Assembly (NCBI GenBank): GCA_951406725.2
Contig: OX597816.1
Location: 88,784,001-88,848,000 of the forward strand
Reading direction: 5' to 3'
DNA from: Octopus vulgaris
Lineage: Eukaryota
DNA length: 64,000 nucleotides
In this document: positions 37,471-52,895 of the stretch, in pieces
Layout of the letters: every line of letters starts with the position of its first letter
Position numbering within the stretch: the stretch's first letter is position 1
Translations under genes and position numbers: made by a program
The notes under the pieces: model-generated
The model's input: the letters and a program-made list of their open reading frames with translations, nothing else
Told to the model about the DNA's origin: nothing
Databases searched by the model: none

Positions 37471-39388
37471 TTCATGTGTGAGACTGTGATAAAAAAAGAT
37501 ATTTTCCATTCTAGGGCAAGGTATGAACGTTTATAACCATAGCGTAAAACATGATTAATAGAATTTGACTTTCATCATTAAATAAAACAAAATTGATAAA
37601 ATGTGTATAAAGTATTGTGAAATTGAAAGCATTTGGGAATATGCTTGAAACAGTAACAAATTATATCAAATCGTTTCTGTCGTTGTTGAGTGGCAGTCCA
37701 ACTCTAGTCTTGCGAGTGGAATTACACACAAAATATTTAAGCTCTTGCGTATCACTTCTCTGTACGTTTCGACTGAACATTTATTGTCTGGTTATGGAGT
37801 ATCGATGAGCGTCAACATTGAGATATACTTGACGTTTCTCTTTCTTTCAGCACTTTTCGTGCTAAGGGTGTCCTGAGTGAGTTTGGTGCTTGTGTGTCTG
37901 AAACATTGTGTGTCCGATGCTTGTGTGAAACATTGCCTGTGTGTCTGAAACATTAGCTTTGAAGTGGAATATTAATTTTTTGTGGTGTTCTGTTCTTTGT
38001 AGATTCTATATTAAAAGGCTGGGAAAGAACTTCTGGGTAATGTTAATATTTTCTCACTTTTTAATTCCCATCCTTAATATTTGTTTTCCTTTGTTTTTTA
38101 CTACATGAAGAAATTACTTGCATAGCATTATACAGAAATTTATCATTTAAATATTAATAAAGAATGAGAAAGTGAAGGGAAACAAATACTTGAAGGGATG
38201 GGTAAAAATCGTCGTGGCAAATAAATATGAGATGTGTAATTTTTTGTTAACTGCATAGGGAAATGGAGATTTTCAATAATAAATGTTCACATTATTGACA
38301 CGTAGAAAATAAATATTTGCTACGCATGACAGTGAGAATGTTACAGAAAATAAATGCCTTTGAAAAATGGATAAAAAATAAAGGAAAAAAATTTGTAGTC
38401 GATAATGTGTTCACAATACTTATTTCACTGACACCTAAATAAATACATTTTGGAAGTTAATGATATCAATTTGTTGGTGCAAATGAATATGGCGTTTGCT
38501 AATTGCTTAACGAAATAGAAAGTTGTTAATTTTTCAATAAGAATTTTTCCTATAGGTGTGGGGTGGAGGAAATAGAGAAATATCAATGAGGAGTGAAAGT
38601 GAAACATGTCACAAAATTATTTCTTACATGGAAAATCAATTATAAACATTTTTCACACGTGTTATAGTAAAAATTCAGGAACCAAATGTAAAAGGAATAT
38701 TCACATAACGAAAGAAAATATGCCCAATTTTCACAGAAGTATGGATGGAATTACTTCTAGCACCATAAATGATGCTAGATGAGGTAAGCACTAGAAGAAA
38801 TGGTGGATAAAAATGCATAACTTTTATGATATGATAGCGAATATTTTCGAATTCTATTCAAAGACCTTGAAGGCATATGGATACAAATGAGTACCTCAAG
38901 TAAACATTCACATTAAGATACAGAAAAATTGGATCCTGCTTTTCAAATCATTTAGTAAATCGAATAGAGCGAATACATCTCAAACTAATATGTTCACAGT
39001 GTTACATGTTAAGACGTAGCCTGAATCCTAATCTACCGAAAAATAAATGACACTGTCTGAATCTATTTTGACGGTATATTTACACACAACTATGGAGTCA
39101 CACGGTACAAAAACACCGTTACATTTTGTGAAATATGAAATTCCAAAATTGTTATGCACGTGTGGCAACAGAGGCATCGACTTATATCAGTTTAGGATTA
39201 CTTAAAGCGAACAATTTTCATATTTATCAAAATACATTTCAAAGAAGAAATATGGAAAATTACTCAAGAAAATTGTCTTAGTGATCTATATAACCTATAT
39301 ATAGATGGTGTTCCAGTATGGCCGCAGTCAAATGACTGAAACAAATAAAAGTAAAAGAATATGGAGATTAATATCCTAAAATGTATTT

Positions 39389-39457
<69 letters not shown>

Positions 39458-42400
39458 TCGCACGCGTGTGTATGTTTGTGTATATATGCATGTATTTATG
39501 TGCTTGCGTGCACATGTGTGTCTGCTTTTGTCTGTAACAACAGAGAAATTGGAATATAGATAATGCCGCGTGTGTACTATCTTTTTGTGTTCCATCAGTT
39601 GATGGCGATGATTTAAATGATGATGCTTATTAGTACCGGCACTACCCCCCCCCCCCCCCACTATCATCTTTTTCCTCCTAGTCGTCATCATCAGCAGCAG
39701 CAACAGTAGCATTCTCATCATCACGTCATTGTCAACAATATTGATGAAAGCCATGTGAATAATGGTGATAAGAATGTTAACGATAACAGTGATGATGTTA
39801 ATAATAATAATTATATTCTTTATTGAATTTTCGCTTATTTGTTTGTTTTTATGTTTTCGTTGTTTTGTTTACTTTAATTTAAGTTAATATCTCACGGTTT
39901 TCTTTTCATATAGTCTTTTCTTGGAAAACGTTTGAGTCAAAAGTTTTTTTCAGAAAAGTGAACTTTGGAAATAATTTTCCCAGACCGATGATAAATTATC
40001 TATAGCCGACGTTTTATCAATCAATATAATGCGATAGAATTTAAATAATAGAATTCTACGAAGATGACAAAAAGAGAAAAAAAAAACAAAGACATTTTAG
40101 TCCTATAGCAGCGACAACAACAACAAATATAATCATTATACGAAGCCAGGAATGATAAAAATAAAACAATGAAAGAAAGACGAAAAATGAAACAATAAAA
40201 CTCCAGAACAGTAACGCTAAAAGTATCTCTAAACCGTATAAACAACTTCAACATAAAGAAATAAAAGAAAGATTAGCAACAATAACAACAAACAACACTG
40301 AAAGCAATCCCTGGAAATTGATATTTTTATTCAACGAAGTATTTTCATTTGCATTCATTCTAAATTATATTTATTTACCATTTTTTACTTTTTATACATT
40401 TCTTTTCTTTATTTTCTTAGCAAAAACAAGGTTTTAGCATTGTATAAATATATTCTTTGTTAGATATTCTTTGATTGGAATGTTCGGCTTTAAATTCACA
40501 ATTATTTCATTGTTTTGTTTGTTTCTATTGTTCTTTGTTATTTATTGTCTTGGTTTATGTCACACAGAAACTATACTTACGTGATCTGCATGGAACAAGT
40601 ATTGACTTATTGACGAAAAAATAATCTTCCAAAATCAAAGTGATTTGCAAATAACAAGATCGAAATACTAATTCACGAACCGCCAACTTTCTACAAGGTG
40701 TGATATTTTATTAGTTTCCTCTTCTCCCTCGTTATTTATTATCCATCTCTGAATTATTTTTTCTAGCACTTAATCATAAATGTACGAATTAGTATTCTGA
40801 CTTCATACTGTTTATATAAATAATAGCTCAGAATAAATCTACTAAAATCTTGTCGGTTTATACCACTGTTCTATGTATATCGCCCAGTCATTATGAAGTG
40901 CTGAGGGTTATCAAAAATTATAAAAATACAAAGAAAACATTTGTAGGAATACCAGCTGTCCTTTTGGGTAAAATAAGTAATACTGTGTGAGTATGAAAAA
41001 TAATTAATTCATCTATGTAGTACAGAGAGCGTTTAACTGGCACCGATTATTGAATCGAAAAGCAATTAATGTATAAATCTCGCGACATCACAACAATTTA
41101 AAGTTAAAACATCACAACAATTAAGAACAACTAATGTGGAAGCCCTACCCTGTAGCTTCACTTCTTTGTGATTTTACCATAAATCACATCTGTGTTTTTA
41201 AATATGAAAGCATACATGAGATACCACCTAAGAGAGGGGGGTCTTATAATTGCACGTACCAAGGGGATCTGCGAGTAACAGCAATCAATTGTCCTTAAGT
41301 CACATTTTGCTATCTTGCATAAAGAAAGAAAGGAAATATTACACGACACAACCTGTTTACAATGAGACTCAGTTCTCGTGTTGGAATGCTTTTTTATCCC
41401 AGATCCGTTCGTTCAGAACTGACTTTTAGATAATCAAATGCAAAAATAAGCAATAAATCACCAAATCGACCCCTTTTACGTTGAAATTTAATTGTCTCTA
41501 GCCCAACTTGAAATGAGACTGTGTTACCTTTGCAAAGTAAATTTGCAAGTTGAACAATGTAGATTTTGTAGTACAGATTTAAAGAAGTAATTGTAATACT
41601 GAAAAACATTGAATAGTTTGGTACGTAAGATGGTGTTGAAATGTTGTAGAAGTCTAAAAGCCCAAAAAATGTCAAAGGGCCTCCGGTTGTAAAAGTGTTT
41701 TGTGGATAGGAGATACTGATATAATAAATATGAGGAAAATATATAGGGAAACAACAGGAAAATGCCGGAAAAAATAAAAACAGGAATACTACATGAGAGA
41801 AAACTACATTCATACAACAGGTTTAAAAGAAAGAAATTGTAATAGTAAAATAAAGACATCAATGAAAAGATAAGCCATAAAATAATGACATAACATAAGA
41901 CATAAAGCAGCGGCAAACGGTGGGATAAATAACGGTACGAAAGAACAAAAAAATCTTTCTATAAAACTAAATAAAAGAGAGCAATAAAACACGACAGACC
42001 GTCAGCAATGAAACGAGGAAGAAACAAGGATTATATAATGCGAGAGTATTCAACAAAACAGCTCGTACACAAAATAAGGAAACTATGACAAAGCTCTATA
42101 AATAATAGATCAGATCCATCATCGATTCTGTCATTCCTACGAAAGATTTTAACTTCACAACAAAGCACAATAAATTTGCAATCCATGAAAAGAATGCTCT
42201 TAGCCGTATAATATGTACCATAAACTTTTTTTCCCTTTCAAACACAACACCTACATTCTACCAGATAAACGTAAGCCGAAAATATGTAAATAGGAAGTAT
42301 ATTCGGATATGCAAGAAAATAATGCTTTACTACTGAAATTGCATCCGGCTTAAACAAAATTCTAGATACACTGATACATCAACATTTCAGAACATTACAT

Positions 42401-42849
42401 TGACATCATTGTAAGTATTTTCTAGTAACTTTCACTCACACATGTTTACTTACATAAAGGCATGTTCCAATTCATTGATAAATGTACGTCGGTGTGCAGC
42501 TACTTCTGCCCCACCCCCACCCTGTAGTGTTCCAAAACCATTTTGCATTGACTGAGTTCACCAAATCCACCCCTCTCCGAATAGTATATTTTCTAGATAG
42601 TTAATACTGGTCTAGATGAGAGCTGTGAATTTAATTAAAATCGTAAAGGTAATGGATTCCTTCTTACAAAGCTCTTCTTCACGAAATCTAGGATCTATTT
42701 TACAGGAGATAAATTTGTCACTGGAGATGGTCTTCGTTTTACGGTAATTGTGCGGAGTCCTGTCCGTCCCATTTGTATTCTACCCGATCTCCACTTTTAA
42801 AAGTGGATAATGTGGTTCACCTACCAAAGCTGCCTTCCTTAAGATTTAC

Positions 42850-43500
42850 TTCCAATTGTTGGTATTTTCATTTAATTTCGTGACCTTCAGATAGTAAGCC
42901 ATAAGAGGGATTCTACTGCCACAGGTGCAACAGCAATGTCGCCTATCCTGGATGACCACTCTTAAGCCACTGAAGGGGAACTCTCTGTAGTTGTATGGTG
43001 CTTTTTCAGGACATGAGTGCTTATATATTAATGATAACCGCATTCTTTCATATGTCACCGAAGGTTACATCAGCACTCCCTATATTGTGCTACAAAAGTG
43101 ATTACGAGTCAGAGACAGACGTCGTTTCCTCGATGTTAGGATAGTGTCTTTTATGCATTTTCTTAAACTTACGAGCACTTGTATCTTCTGTTGTATGAGT
43201 TTGGCTTTCCTCTGTTCTCTGTTTATTTCAAAAATCAACGCATAGTGTACCATCTACTCTCACTCTCCAGCGAAGAGGCTTTCATTCCACTTTTCTACAG
43301 AAACATCTGCTGATTGGTCCTTTGAAAAGGCAAGGAAATCATCCATTAACTTTCTCTTCCTTCGCATCCGGATAGTGTTTTTTCAGATAGAGAAGCATTC
43401 TTCTTATGAGGTAACTGCTTGTATTCATTTGTCCTTTCCATGAAATGCAATATCTAAGAATTCCATACAGGGACTACACTTGTGAATGATCAGCTGAAAG
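42850..43500 (-). mobile_element. Possible ancient Penelope relic
   Basis: Minus strand MEFLDIAF (RT 'FLD') upstream of SLIYKHSCP (GIY-like 'VIYKFSCP'); very decayed. Confidence 0.35.
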
Positions 43501-45935
43501 TGTTAGTCACATAAACATTGTTTCATATAGCACATGAGTATGTGCAGATGTTTTCTTGTTTGAGTTGTCACTCCTAGTATTAAAGTAAGGTAATTTCTTA
43601 CTGTATATTTATCTGTATATTTTCTTTGTATAATTAGCACTCTTCGTTTTAACTTATAATTTTTATGTTTATTCAATTAGGCGCTTACTTTTTTTTCTTT
43701 TTTTGGTACTACTATTCTCCTAAGCAAGTATTCTTGATTTTGAGTAACTGAAATGTTTACACATTAAAAAGTTAATATCTAGGGGCAAATTTTAAATTGC
43801 CTGTCATTGGATAAACAGGGTGGACACAAATTTTCCAATGTTTGTTTAAATACCAGCCACCAAAACGAATGTTTTTACATGAAAGAAAATGGCAGTAAAA
43901 CAACAATACAGGGAGAATGAAGTAAACACATGCGTTCAAGCCAGATATAGAGACAACAGGTATCCAAATAAATGGTGGAACTTCACTCTTCATTCTAAAA
44001 AAGGCCTGAATACAAACAAAATTAATATGCTCCTATTTAAGTTGCATATTTTACAACTATACTCAACACAGACAACGAAAGTGCCCTACGAAAGAGATAT
44101 AATATCTGTAAAGAAAAGAGCTGACATCAAATAGTAAATTAACCACTTTCTCTTTTAAAATATCGAGGTACTTTAAGAAGATGTGTACAGAGACCATAAA
44201 AACTGATACCCAAAATAATCTGAACATGAAAAATTAAGTATTCGCGATGAGACAATTCAAATGACAAACAAAAACAAGTGTAAATAACGAGTTAAAACAT
44301 TAAAGCTATTAATTACTGAGAATGAGAACATCGAAGAAAATCATAGAAAGAAACAAACAAGCTAAAATAATAGTGAAAACATCATAACATCTGATCATAC
44401 CACTGACCAGCAAAATAAAATAAAAGCAATACATTCGAAAAGAATTATAAACAGAAATGTGAAAATATTTAACGATATAAAATTTAGAATATGCATATTA
44501 TATGAATATGACAATGATCTAAAATTGGAAATAATTAAAAAGATTTAAATCGATAAAAGAGCTGCCTATAGAACACAAATTCTTCCCAAAATAAACGTAA
44601 CAATAAAAATGCGTTAACCTGACCAACATAGATTTAGTAAAGTCAGATACGGAAATATCACCAGAACTAAACAAAAGCTTTACATAGCAACCATAATAAT
44701 TACAAAGAAGTGGTTACTACCTGAAACAAATACTCATACAGGAATTCTAAATCCACGTATACGACGCAAAAATAAAGAAAAAACATAATAATAAAAGTAA
44801 AAAAGAAATCTCAATTCTATATGAAATCAACGAGGAAACGATACAAGTAAGATAATAAAACCCAGAGACAAATCTTACAGGCATGCAATGTAAAAAGTTC
44901 AAAGATATATACCAGAAATCAAAGAATGCCGATAACAAGAATCCTTGCTAAATGCCATAACTCATCATTAAGAAAAGTGACAATAATTCTTTGAACCAAC
45001 AGATAATTCATATCCAAACCAAAGCGATTTTATCAAAAACAGAAAACTTAAAAAATACTAATTAATGTTGCGTAAAGAGGTGTTTGAAGAGTTAAAATGT
45101 GTGGGAATCCCGACGAGTGTGCAAAACTAATGCCTTCCAAATCTGAATATAGTTGAGAAATAAGAAAATGCAGCGGCATTTTGTTACTATTAATGCTGCT
45201 AACGCCATTTGAGTCAATGTACCTGCATGTATTCCTGCCATCCCTGTCTATTTTGTGCTTCTGTTTCGTTCTCTACTTATTTGAGATCTATTTCTTTCTA
45301 CATTGTACTCTGATACTCTCTGCTATGTAGGCTTTCTATGGTGCCTCTGATTGTCCATTTTACTACTGAACATATTTACTAATCTTGAGGAAGGTACTGA
45401 AGCACACACGTTCTATACATTACTTTTGTTACAACCTAAACCACAAAATGATGCCATTCCATCCCCAAGATTAGTTATAATTTAACTGCTATGCTATGGC
45501 TCCATCCCATATATAAACATAAATCATTATTTTTGTATGAGTTGACAATCTATATGATTTCTATACATCTGAAGCAAAACCATTGCTAGATTCGTTTTTT
45601 AAAATATTTAGTTAAGTTTACTTTCTAAAGATCCATCGTTGATTTTAGCATTTCTAAGATAAGTAAACTGATTTGAATTTTCCAAATTTCTTTTATCTAC
45701 TAACTTTATGATTTTAGTTTCATAGATTTCTATTTCCATATCCATAGCTTTGCCTATTTCATCAAAATCGTTTATAATTCGTTACAGTTTTGATGTTTCA
45801 TTACTAAATAATTCATTGTCATCACTAAAAGGCAAATTTGCCGCATACGTCCTTAAATATTTTCAATTCTTTCTGTTCCGTTAAAATATGTTTGTACTGT
45901 GTGCTTTCCTTCCATATTCTGATTCATTGAACTCT

Positions 45936-45937
<2 letters not shown>

Positions 45938-46012
<75 letters not shown>
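45938..46012. repeat. (GT)n microsatellite
   Basis: Direct reading. Confidence 0.95.
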
Positions 46013-46013
<1 letters not shown>

Positions 46014-46269
46014 ACGTTTGAACTTGTAATATTTCTTTATAGAACCTAATAATTATTCGATCTAAATATGTTCGGAAAATTCTATTGCAACTTGATCAAA
46101 GTAAGATTAATATATATTTTTTAAATATGCCATTCTTTTCAAAGTCTCATTAGCTAATAGTTATTTTAGAAACGTTCTCGTTTATAATTTCCCAAGATCA
46201 CCGTTAATGGATATTTCCTTTTTTCTCTTTTCTTTTTTATTCTTCTTTCTTTTCCTTTTTTTTTTTCAG

Positions 46270-47400
46270 AAGATTACTGTTACCTTTCTCGATTCTGGCC
46301 GGAAGTAACAAGTCGAAAATATTAATGACTGAATTGTGTGCCGTAAATCTTATTCTAGTTGTTAGCTATACTAAGTTACTCAAGTGCAATCATATATCTT
46401 AGCAAATTTTAGACACTCTCTAAGTCATCAATATTTACGAACCCAATCAAAGTAAAATTTCATTGAAAGTGTGAAAGAAAAGATATTCTAGCTTCATCCT
46501 GGATTGATGGAAATCGTAGACTACGCTGTAAAAAAAATGATACCTTACTTCTAGAAGAAGTCTCCTTCCCGTGCACAAGAAAAAGAAACTATACGACTTT
46601 GATCATACTTCAGATTGTGTCTTAAGCAGCACCCTGCTCTCTAATACTTTATTACTTAGTGAAGGCGTTGTTTAATGTTTTGCTTTGTTTATTTACTTAG
46701 AAAGAAACTTACTGATGATGCTCCACCTGCTCATCATTGATTCCAGCTATTTTCAACTTACGGATAAGCTGAAAGAGAACTTTGTGGATTTTTTTATTGT
46801 TTCGCTAATTTTGCAATAAATTTGCAAGCATGCTGTTCTTTTTCACGTAAGTAGACTTTAAACACTCCTCCTATAAATGTATAAAGGAATTTCCTTCCAT
46901 ACTAATATCACTTCTGCGACGATGAGGCTCACATTATTTTATGCATGTACAATTCTAGGTAGCTTCTGACACTTTCTGCGGCTTCAGCATCTCAAATTAA
47001 ATATTCATCATGTAGCAGCCTTCTCAATTTGTTTATATTGAAATCCTCAATGTCGTAAAATCTTTGTTTTATAATATCATGGGATTGCCATTCCTCTGAT
47101 CCTGAGATATTCCTTATCTTTCTGAAAGTATCTAAGAATCTTTTTCGCCCAAAAATCCGCGATAAAATTTATACTGAACTTTCTGCACGTGTGAAATATT
47201 GCATAATTAATGAAAACTGGTGAGTATTGCTTCGTGTTCCATTCAGTAGTCCTCCTACACATACATAAAATCCCCTTGTCTTATTGAATTTCAAGACCAA
47301 TTATCTTTACCTATTTGCTCACAGAAGTCTTTCACATGTAATATCACATTTGTTACAGGAAATATTATACCAATTAATGCCGTACATAATTCAATAACCG
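46270..47400 (-). mobile_element. Very decayed R4-like non-LTR relic
   Basis: Traces of KEYLRI (YKYLGI-like), a GGRGL-like segment and ECLKFAKIYD (EC..LA...Y-like) in the expected order. Confidence 0.3.
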
Positions 47401-48557
47401 ATCAGAATTTTACACTTTCAAAGCATTTGAGCACATGTTTCAAAGTTTGTATATTTCTCTTATTTGCTTTTCTTTTTTCTTTTTTTTTTTCAAAAGCTTT
47501 TTACATTTTGTTATAAATCTTATCACGATTGTCACCATTTTTCATGCATTCAGTGACACAGAAACACTCGGAAATGTACATTATCGTTATCGTTTTATGC
47601 TCTTTTTATACCTATTACTCTATGTCTTCATGTAGTTGGCGGCGACGAGTCAACGTTGGAACTGTTGTTGCTATTTCGGTAATTGTTCTCAATGCACAAA
47701 AGACTTGCATTTTCTATTAATAGCAACAGTAATGATAACAACCATAACAATAAGAAAAATAAGATGAGAACGAAGAAGAACAACAACAACGACGACGACG
47801 GCAATTATTACAACAACAACAACGATAACAACAAGAATAAAACAGAAATTTGAACCGTTAAAACATTTCAATTATTCATTTATTTATTAATTTAAAATAA
47901 GAAAAGATAATTAGTCAGTATAAAGAAAAGTTTCCACTTCAGCTAAATTGAGATTCTTAAAGAAGCAAACTTTGAATACAACCAAAATTATAACCAAAAT
48001 ATGAGAAGCACAATTGAAAATTGAATAGTTATCGATTTTGAACCGAAACAAAGAAAAATCAGAACGAAATGAGACGCCTTTAATTATTTTTCATCCATTC
48101 ATTCGTTAGGCGGGTGACAAAAACAAAAATCTTTTAGAATGTCATCAAGTAACATGGTGTAAGATTTCTTCAGCCGTTGCGTTTCTACAATGTCAATGAT
48201 TATATAATTGGTTGTTAGACATCTATCATATATTGGATGTGATTTTCATCATAATTACGTAAGAAATTTTCTTGAGAACATCCTAAACGCATTCTTAGTA
48301 TTCTTAAAAATTTCATGGTGTGCTAATAAGCAAATCACATAGTTATACACACAAACACACACACATACATATATAAATAGACAGAAAGAGAAAGAGAGTG
48401 ATACATATATAGAGAGACGGACAGATAAACATATAGATAAAAGCAAAGAATATGCTATGAACGTATGAGTATATATATATATATGCACATATATAATATA
48501 TATATATATATATAGTGTTTATATAAATATACGCATATAAAATATACATATAATGTA

Positions 48558-48627
<70 letters not shown>

Positions 48628-48659
48628 TAGATATAGATATAGATAGATAATAGATAGAT

Positions 48660-48724
<65 letters not shown>

Positions 48725-48728
<4 letters not shown>

Positions 48729-48945
48729 AAATAGTTGCACAACAAGGTACCAATGCTTGCTGGGAATAGCAGTCGATAACCGTACGGCGCTATGCAAAGC
48801 TTCAATGAATGTACACTATCAAAGATGTGTACGGGCAGCGAATATAAAAATTTTCGTCTTACCTCTGGGAAGAACACTGGATAGATGGACAACCTAGAAT
48901 GGATAATCTAGTACTCGAGTTTCGGACTGTCCTAATACGCCTGTT
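48725..48945 (-). mobile_element. Diverged relative of the 55100-55312 element (Penelope-type pLTR)
   Basis: Minus strand GAAACTCGAGTA..ATTATCC..TGTTCTTCCCAGAGGTAAGAC..TGAAGCTTTGCATAGCGCCGTA..GCTATTCCCAG..GTTGTGC aligns by eye with 55110-55310. Confidence 0.65.
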
Positions 48946-49180
48946 ATCGTAAATTCGGTTAGATTGAACGCTTAGCCGTAAACAGAACTATGATCAGTGA
49001 AAACGTTTCATATAAAAATTATAAATATTATTGCAATATAATAGTATTATTTTCCCGCTAAATAAAGCACCGTAAAGGTAGAATGTAAATGGGAAATAGT
49101 AGCACAACGTACATAACATGTGTGTGTGTGTGTCTGTGTGTGTGTATAGATTACATACATAATATATTATGTATGTAATC

Positions 49181-49640
49181 TAGGCGCAGACTTAGTTGTG
49201 CGGTAAGAAGCTTGCATCCCAACCACATGGTTCTGGGTTCACTCCCACCATGGGATTGCACTTAGGAAGTTCCCGTCCGAAAAACAAGTCCAGGAAAAGT
49301 TGCTTATTGCAGACCAGCAACCATCCATGCATACTAGCCTCCCCTCTCCCCGCCACTGATATTATTCAAGGGAAGGGCAAAGGCCGATACAGCTTGCAAT
49401 AGTGACGTTGTCACTCATTTCTACACCTGACTGAACTGGAACAACGTGAAATAAAGTTTCTTGCGTGTTCATCTGTAAGTTTGTTCCCACCACCTCTTAG
49501 CAAATCTAATTGGTTTCTTTACGTCTGTGAACTTTACCGATACCAGTCATAAATATAAGCACGTTGTTCGATTTTATCTACTAAATCCTTCAACATGTAG
49601 CTCAAGTACAGCCGCAGTCTAATGAGTGAAACAAGAAAAA
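49181..49640. mobile_element. SINE family B head and tail interrupted by another repeat fragment
   Basis: ggcgcagac..ggtaagaagcttgc..accacatggttctgggttca head; 49250-49310 matches 52366-52415; B-type tail near 49600-49640. Confidence 0.65.
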
Positions 49641-49674
49641 GAGGATACGCACTCACACGAAACTTTCTCACTCG

Positions 49675-49760
<86 letters not shown>

Positions 49761-49825
49761 ATATGTATATATGTGTATATATAAATATATATATATATAT
49801 GTATGTATATATATATATATATATG

Positions 49826-49907
<82 letters not shown>

Positions 49908-50616
49908 AAACGCGCCACCGGAAATTGAACTCACGGACTTACGATTGTGAGCCGATTGCACTAAGCCTTCGTAGTAAAATCTAGTCAAATCTCCCTCCAC
50001 TCAAATTTGGTGTTCGCCAAATAATAAGGCCGATATTCTAACTGTTACGATGCCTTTGATCATTGGTCTACTCGATCATAACTCGTCTATTACTTTATTA
50101 AAAAGATTTAATACATATGTGCCCTATACAGGTGATTAAGTGATGATGTATAAATGTCATTTGGAATATAATCTTGATTATAATTAACTATAGCTCGTAT
50201 AAATGGCAAGTAGATTTCTGCTATTGGTATATATTCGATTTTCATTATCAATTGCAGTTTGAAGAATATTACAATTCTTTTTAATATGGAATCAGTGGAA
50301 CTACTGACGATGGAATACAAATCTAAAATCGTGATTTATTTGGGGATGTAATCAGCAATTTTAATACAAAACCTACTGCTATTGTGTGTCTCAATAGTTT
50401 TTATCGAGTGAAAATAAAGTGTTTTCAATTGTCTATAGAATTCTTTGTTTTGTACATTGCATTCATTATCGATTTATACCTTTCGAGAGAAAATAAATAT
50501 TTACATTAGAAACATTTAAAATTAACTTAATGGGTTTAAAAAAATAATAGTATCAGTTTTCTTCTCATAATACTAAGCTCCTCAATACATATCAGTCTTC
50601 ATACACAAAAATTTAA

Positions 50617-50653
<37 letters not shown>

Positions 50654-50659
50654 CATCAC

Positions 50660-52230
50660 ACCGCCCTTGCCAGAGCACGTTCCGTAGACCGTGCATCTGC
50701 TCTCTCCGCCCGAACCCGCCCTGCAGTCTCCCGCCTCCCTTTTCCCCTCACCACCCACCACCCTACCTTCCAACCTGGCTCGTTCCCCCTGCTCCCGCCC
50801 ACGCTGACGCACTTGCCCTTACCTCTCCAACACTACCCTCCTCACCGGCACCCATCATCGACCCTATCGCATCATCGACTCCTTCAACTGTACCTCCAGC
50901 AATATCATCTATTGCATCTCCTGCTCTCTCTACCATTCCCTGTACATCGGAAAAACGGGTCGCCGCTTGGCTGACCGGCTCGCGGAATACCTCCGAGACA
51001 TCCGCCTCGCCAATGACACTCCAGTCTCACGCCATTTCCGCTCCACCGGTCACTACTTGCAACACATGTCTGTGTTCGGATTGTCCTTGCACAGAGGCCA
51101 TCCGGATTCTCTCTTCGCTCTTTTACGCCATTTGGGCTCAACTCCCCCCTTTTCATCTAACCTCCTCCCCGACTCCTAGTTTTCTTCACTCCTACATCTT
51201 TTCACCCTTACTCTCTTTCCCTCTTCTTCCGTTCTTCCCCTTCTTCCTTCTTCTTCTCTCTTCTTCCCTCTTCCCCTTCTTTCTTTCTCTCTGCTCCCTC
51301 ACTCCCCGTCTCTCCCCTCTCCCACTCCTTCCTCCTACTCTCCCTCCCCTCCCCCTTCCCCCTCTCTCCCCTCCTCTCATCTCTCCCCTCGTCCTCCACC
51401 CCCTCCCATCTCTTCTCTCCTCTCTCTCTCCCCATCCCCCGTCCCCCTCTCTTCTCTCCTCTCCTCCTATCTCTCCTCATATAAACATCTCCCCCTCCCC
51501 CATAAACCCAACCCACCCCTACTCCACCTTCCCTATCCCACACCTCTCCCTACATAACTCACCCATATCCCATACCACCCCCACATACCTCACCTCTAAC
51601 CCCACCCTCTACCTACCCACAACCCCCACTCTACCCCAACCCCCAGCCGAATCCACACCCCACATGTGCTTTCCCCACTCTCGCCTCCCCCACATCCCCA
51701 GATCACACCACACTACATTACACCATACAACATTACACATCACATCACAACACATCACCCACAGCACACCACCAATACACCCATCCCCACATCATTACAC
51801 CTGCACATATATACACATATCACATCACAACACACTACCCACACCCATCCCCACATCTCCACACCCACACATACAAACACACACGTCCAGACCACGAGCC
51901 TTCTTTCACACGCACATACATACTCTCTTATACACACACGCACCTTTGTGTTGGGGGCACCTTCGTATTGGAAGTCAGTTGACCGTGTTATTTCCCCTAC
52001 TGTCCCTCTCGCGTCTGACCACTGTCCGAAGCCAGGACGCCATGATAGATCGTTAGCTCCTACACGCATTTTTTTCTCTCCTTGTTTCTCTCCTTGTTTT
52101 TTCTGTGTATCTTTCTGTCGAAGAGCGTAGGCTTGAAACGTAAAAGACTTTTTTCTATTCCTGAGCGCTATACTAATACATTTGAACTCCATCTGCCTTC
52201 GTCTTTTGTTTATTTTCATAAACTTTCCCT
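50660..52230 (+). mobile_element. Penelope-like element 3' part: GIY-YIG pseudogene, C-rich spacer, pLTR with hammerhead
   Basis: GSFPCSRPR*RTCPY..DSFNCTSSNIIYCISCSLYHSLYIGKTGRRLADRLAEYLRDIR..PVSRHF at ~50770-51060; hammerhead motif at 52110-52147. Confidence 0.88.
52110..52147 (+). ncRNA. Minimal type I hammerhead-like motif, A6U variant
   Basis: TCTTT CTGTCGA a GAGC gtag GCTT GAAA CG TA AAAGA: 5-bp stem I, 4-bp stem II, loopless palindromic stem III, GUA site. Confidence 0.7.
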
Positions 52231-52438
52231 TTATATATATATATATATATATATATGGATATATGTACAGGTATTTACATATTTAGAGAGACAGACAGAT
52301 AGAGAGATAGATAGATATACATACATATATATATTGTGACCCCCTTTGGTCATCAATGACCATGGGATTGCACCTAGAAAGTTACCCTCCGAGACACAAG
52401 TCTGGGCGAGGTTGTTTATACATGTGTATATATATTTC

Positions 52439-52469
<31 letters not shown>

Positions 52470-52589
52470 GTTTCTATGTGTATATATGTATATATATATA
52501 TACATGCATATATGTGCATGTATAAATATATACATGTGTGTGCGAGTATGTGTTTGTACGTGTAAGTACGTGTAAGTTTACAATATATA

Positions 52590-52895
52590 ACTGGCACTCT
52601 GGAGGTTTGAAGACGAGTGTTTCAGTTCAGCCGATCAACGGAAAAGCCTGATTTCGCAGTTAATGTGCCAGTGGATGAGCACTCTAGAAACACGGGAAAT
52701 TCAGTGTGAAACTGACTGTACTCTGGGAAATTCGATGTGAAACGGACGGTCACGAGGCTGGTCCTTTGAAATACAGGTGCAACTCACTTTTGTCGTGTGG
52801 ACTGGAGTAAAGAGTAACACGCATCGCCGGGTATCGAACTCACGATCTTACGATCGTGCGCCGAATGACCTAACCACTGTATCACGCGTCTTCAC
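52590..52895 (-). mobile_element. tRNA-derived SINE, family D
   Basis: Minus-strand head GTGAAGACGCGTGATACAGTGGTTAGG..GAGTTCGATACCCGG (A and B boxes); related head fragment at 49910-49968. Confidence 0.75.

Noticed and set aside
38400-45930. Faint RT/LINE-like traces (38650-39120, 41150-42800, 43890-45930; also 61400-62150)
   Set aside because: Probably ancient non-LTR debris, but too decayed for boundaries or family calls by eye.
51013-52056. 347-aa P/S/L/H-rich ORF
   Set aside because: Stop-poor C-rich low-complexity tract inside a Penelope relic; no domain.
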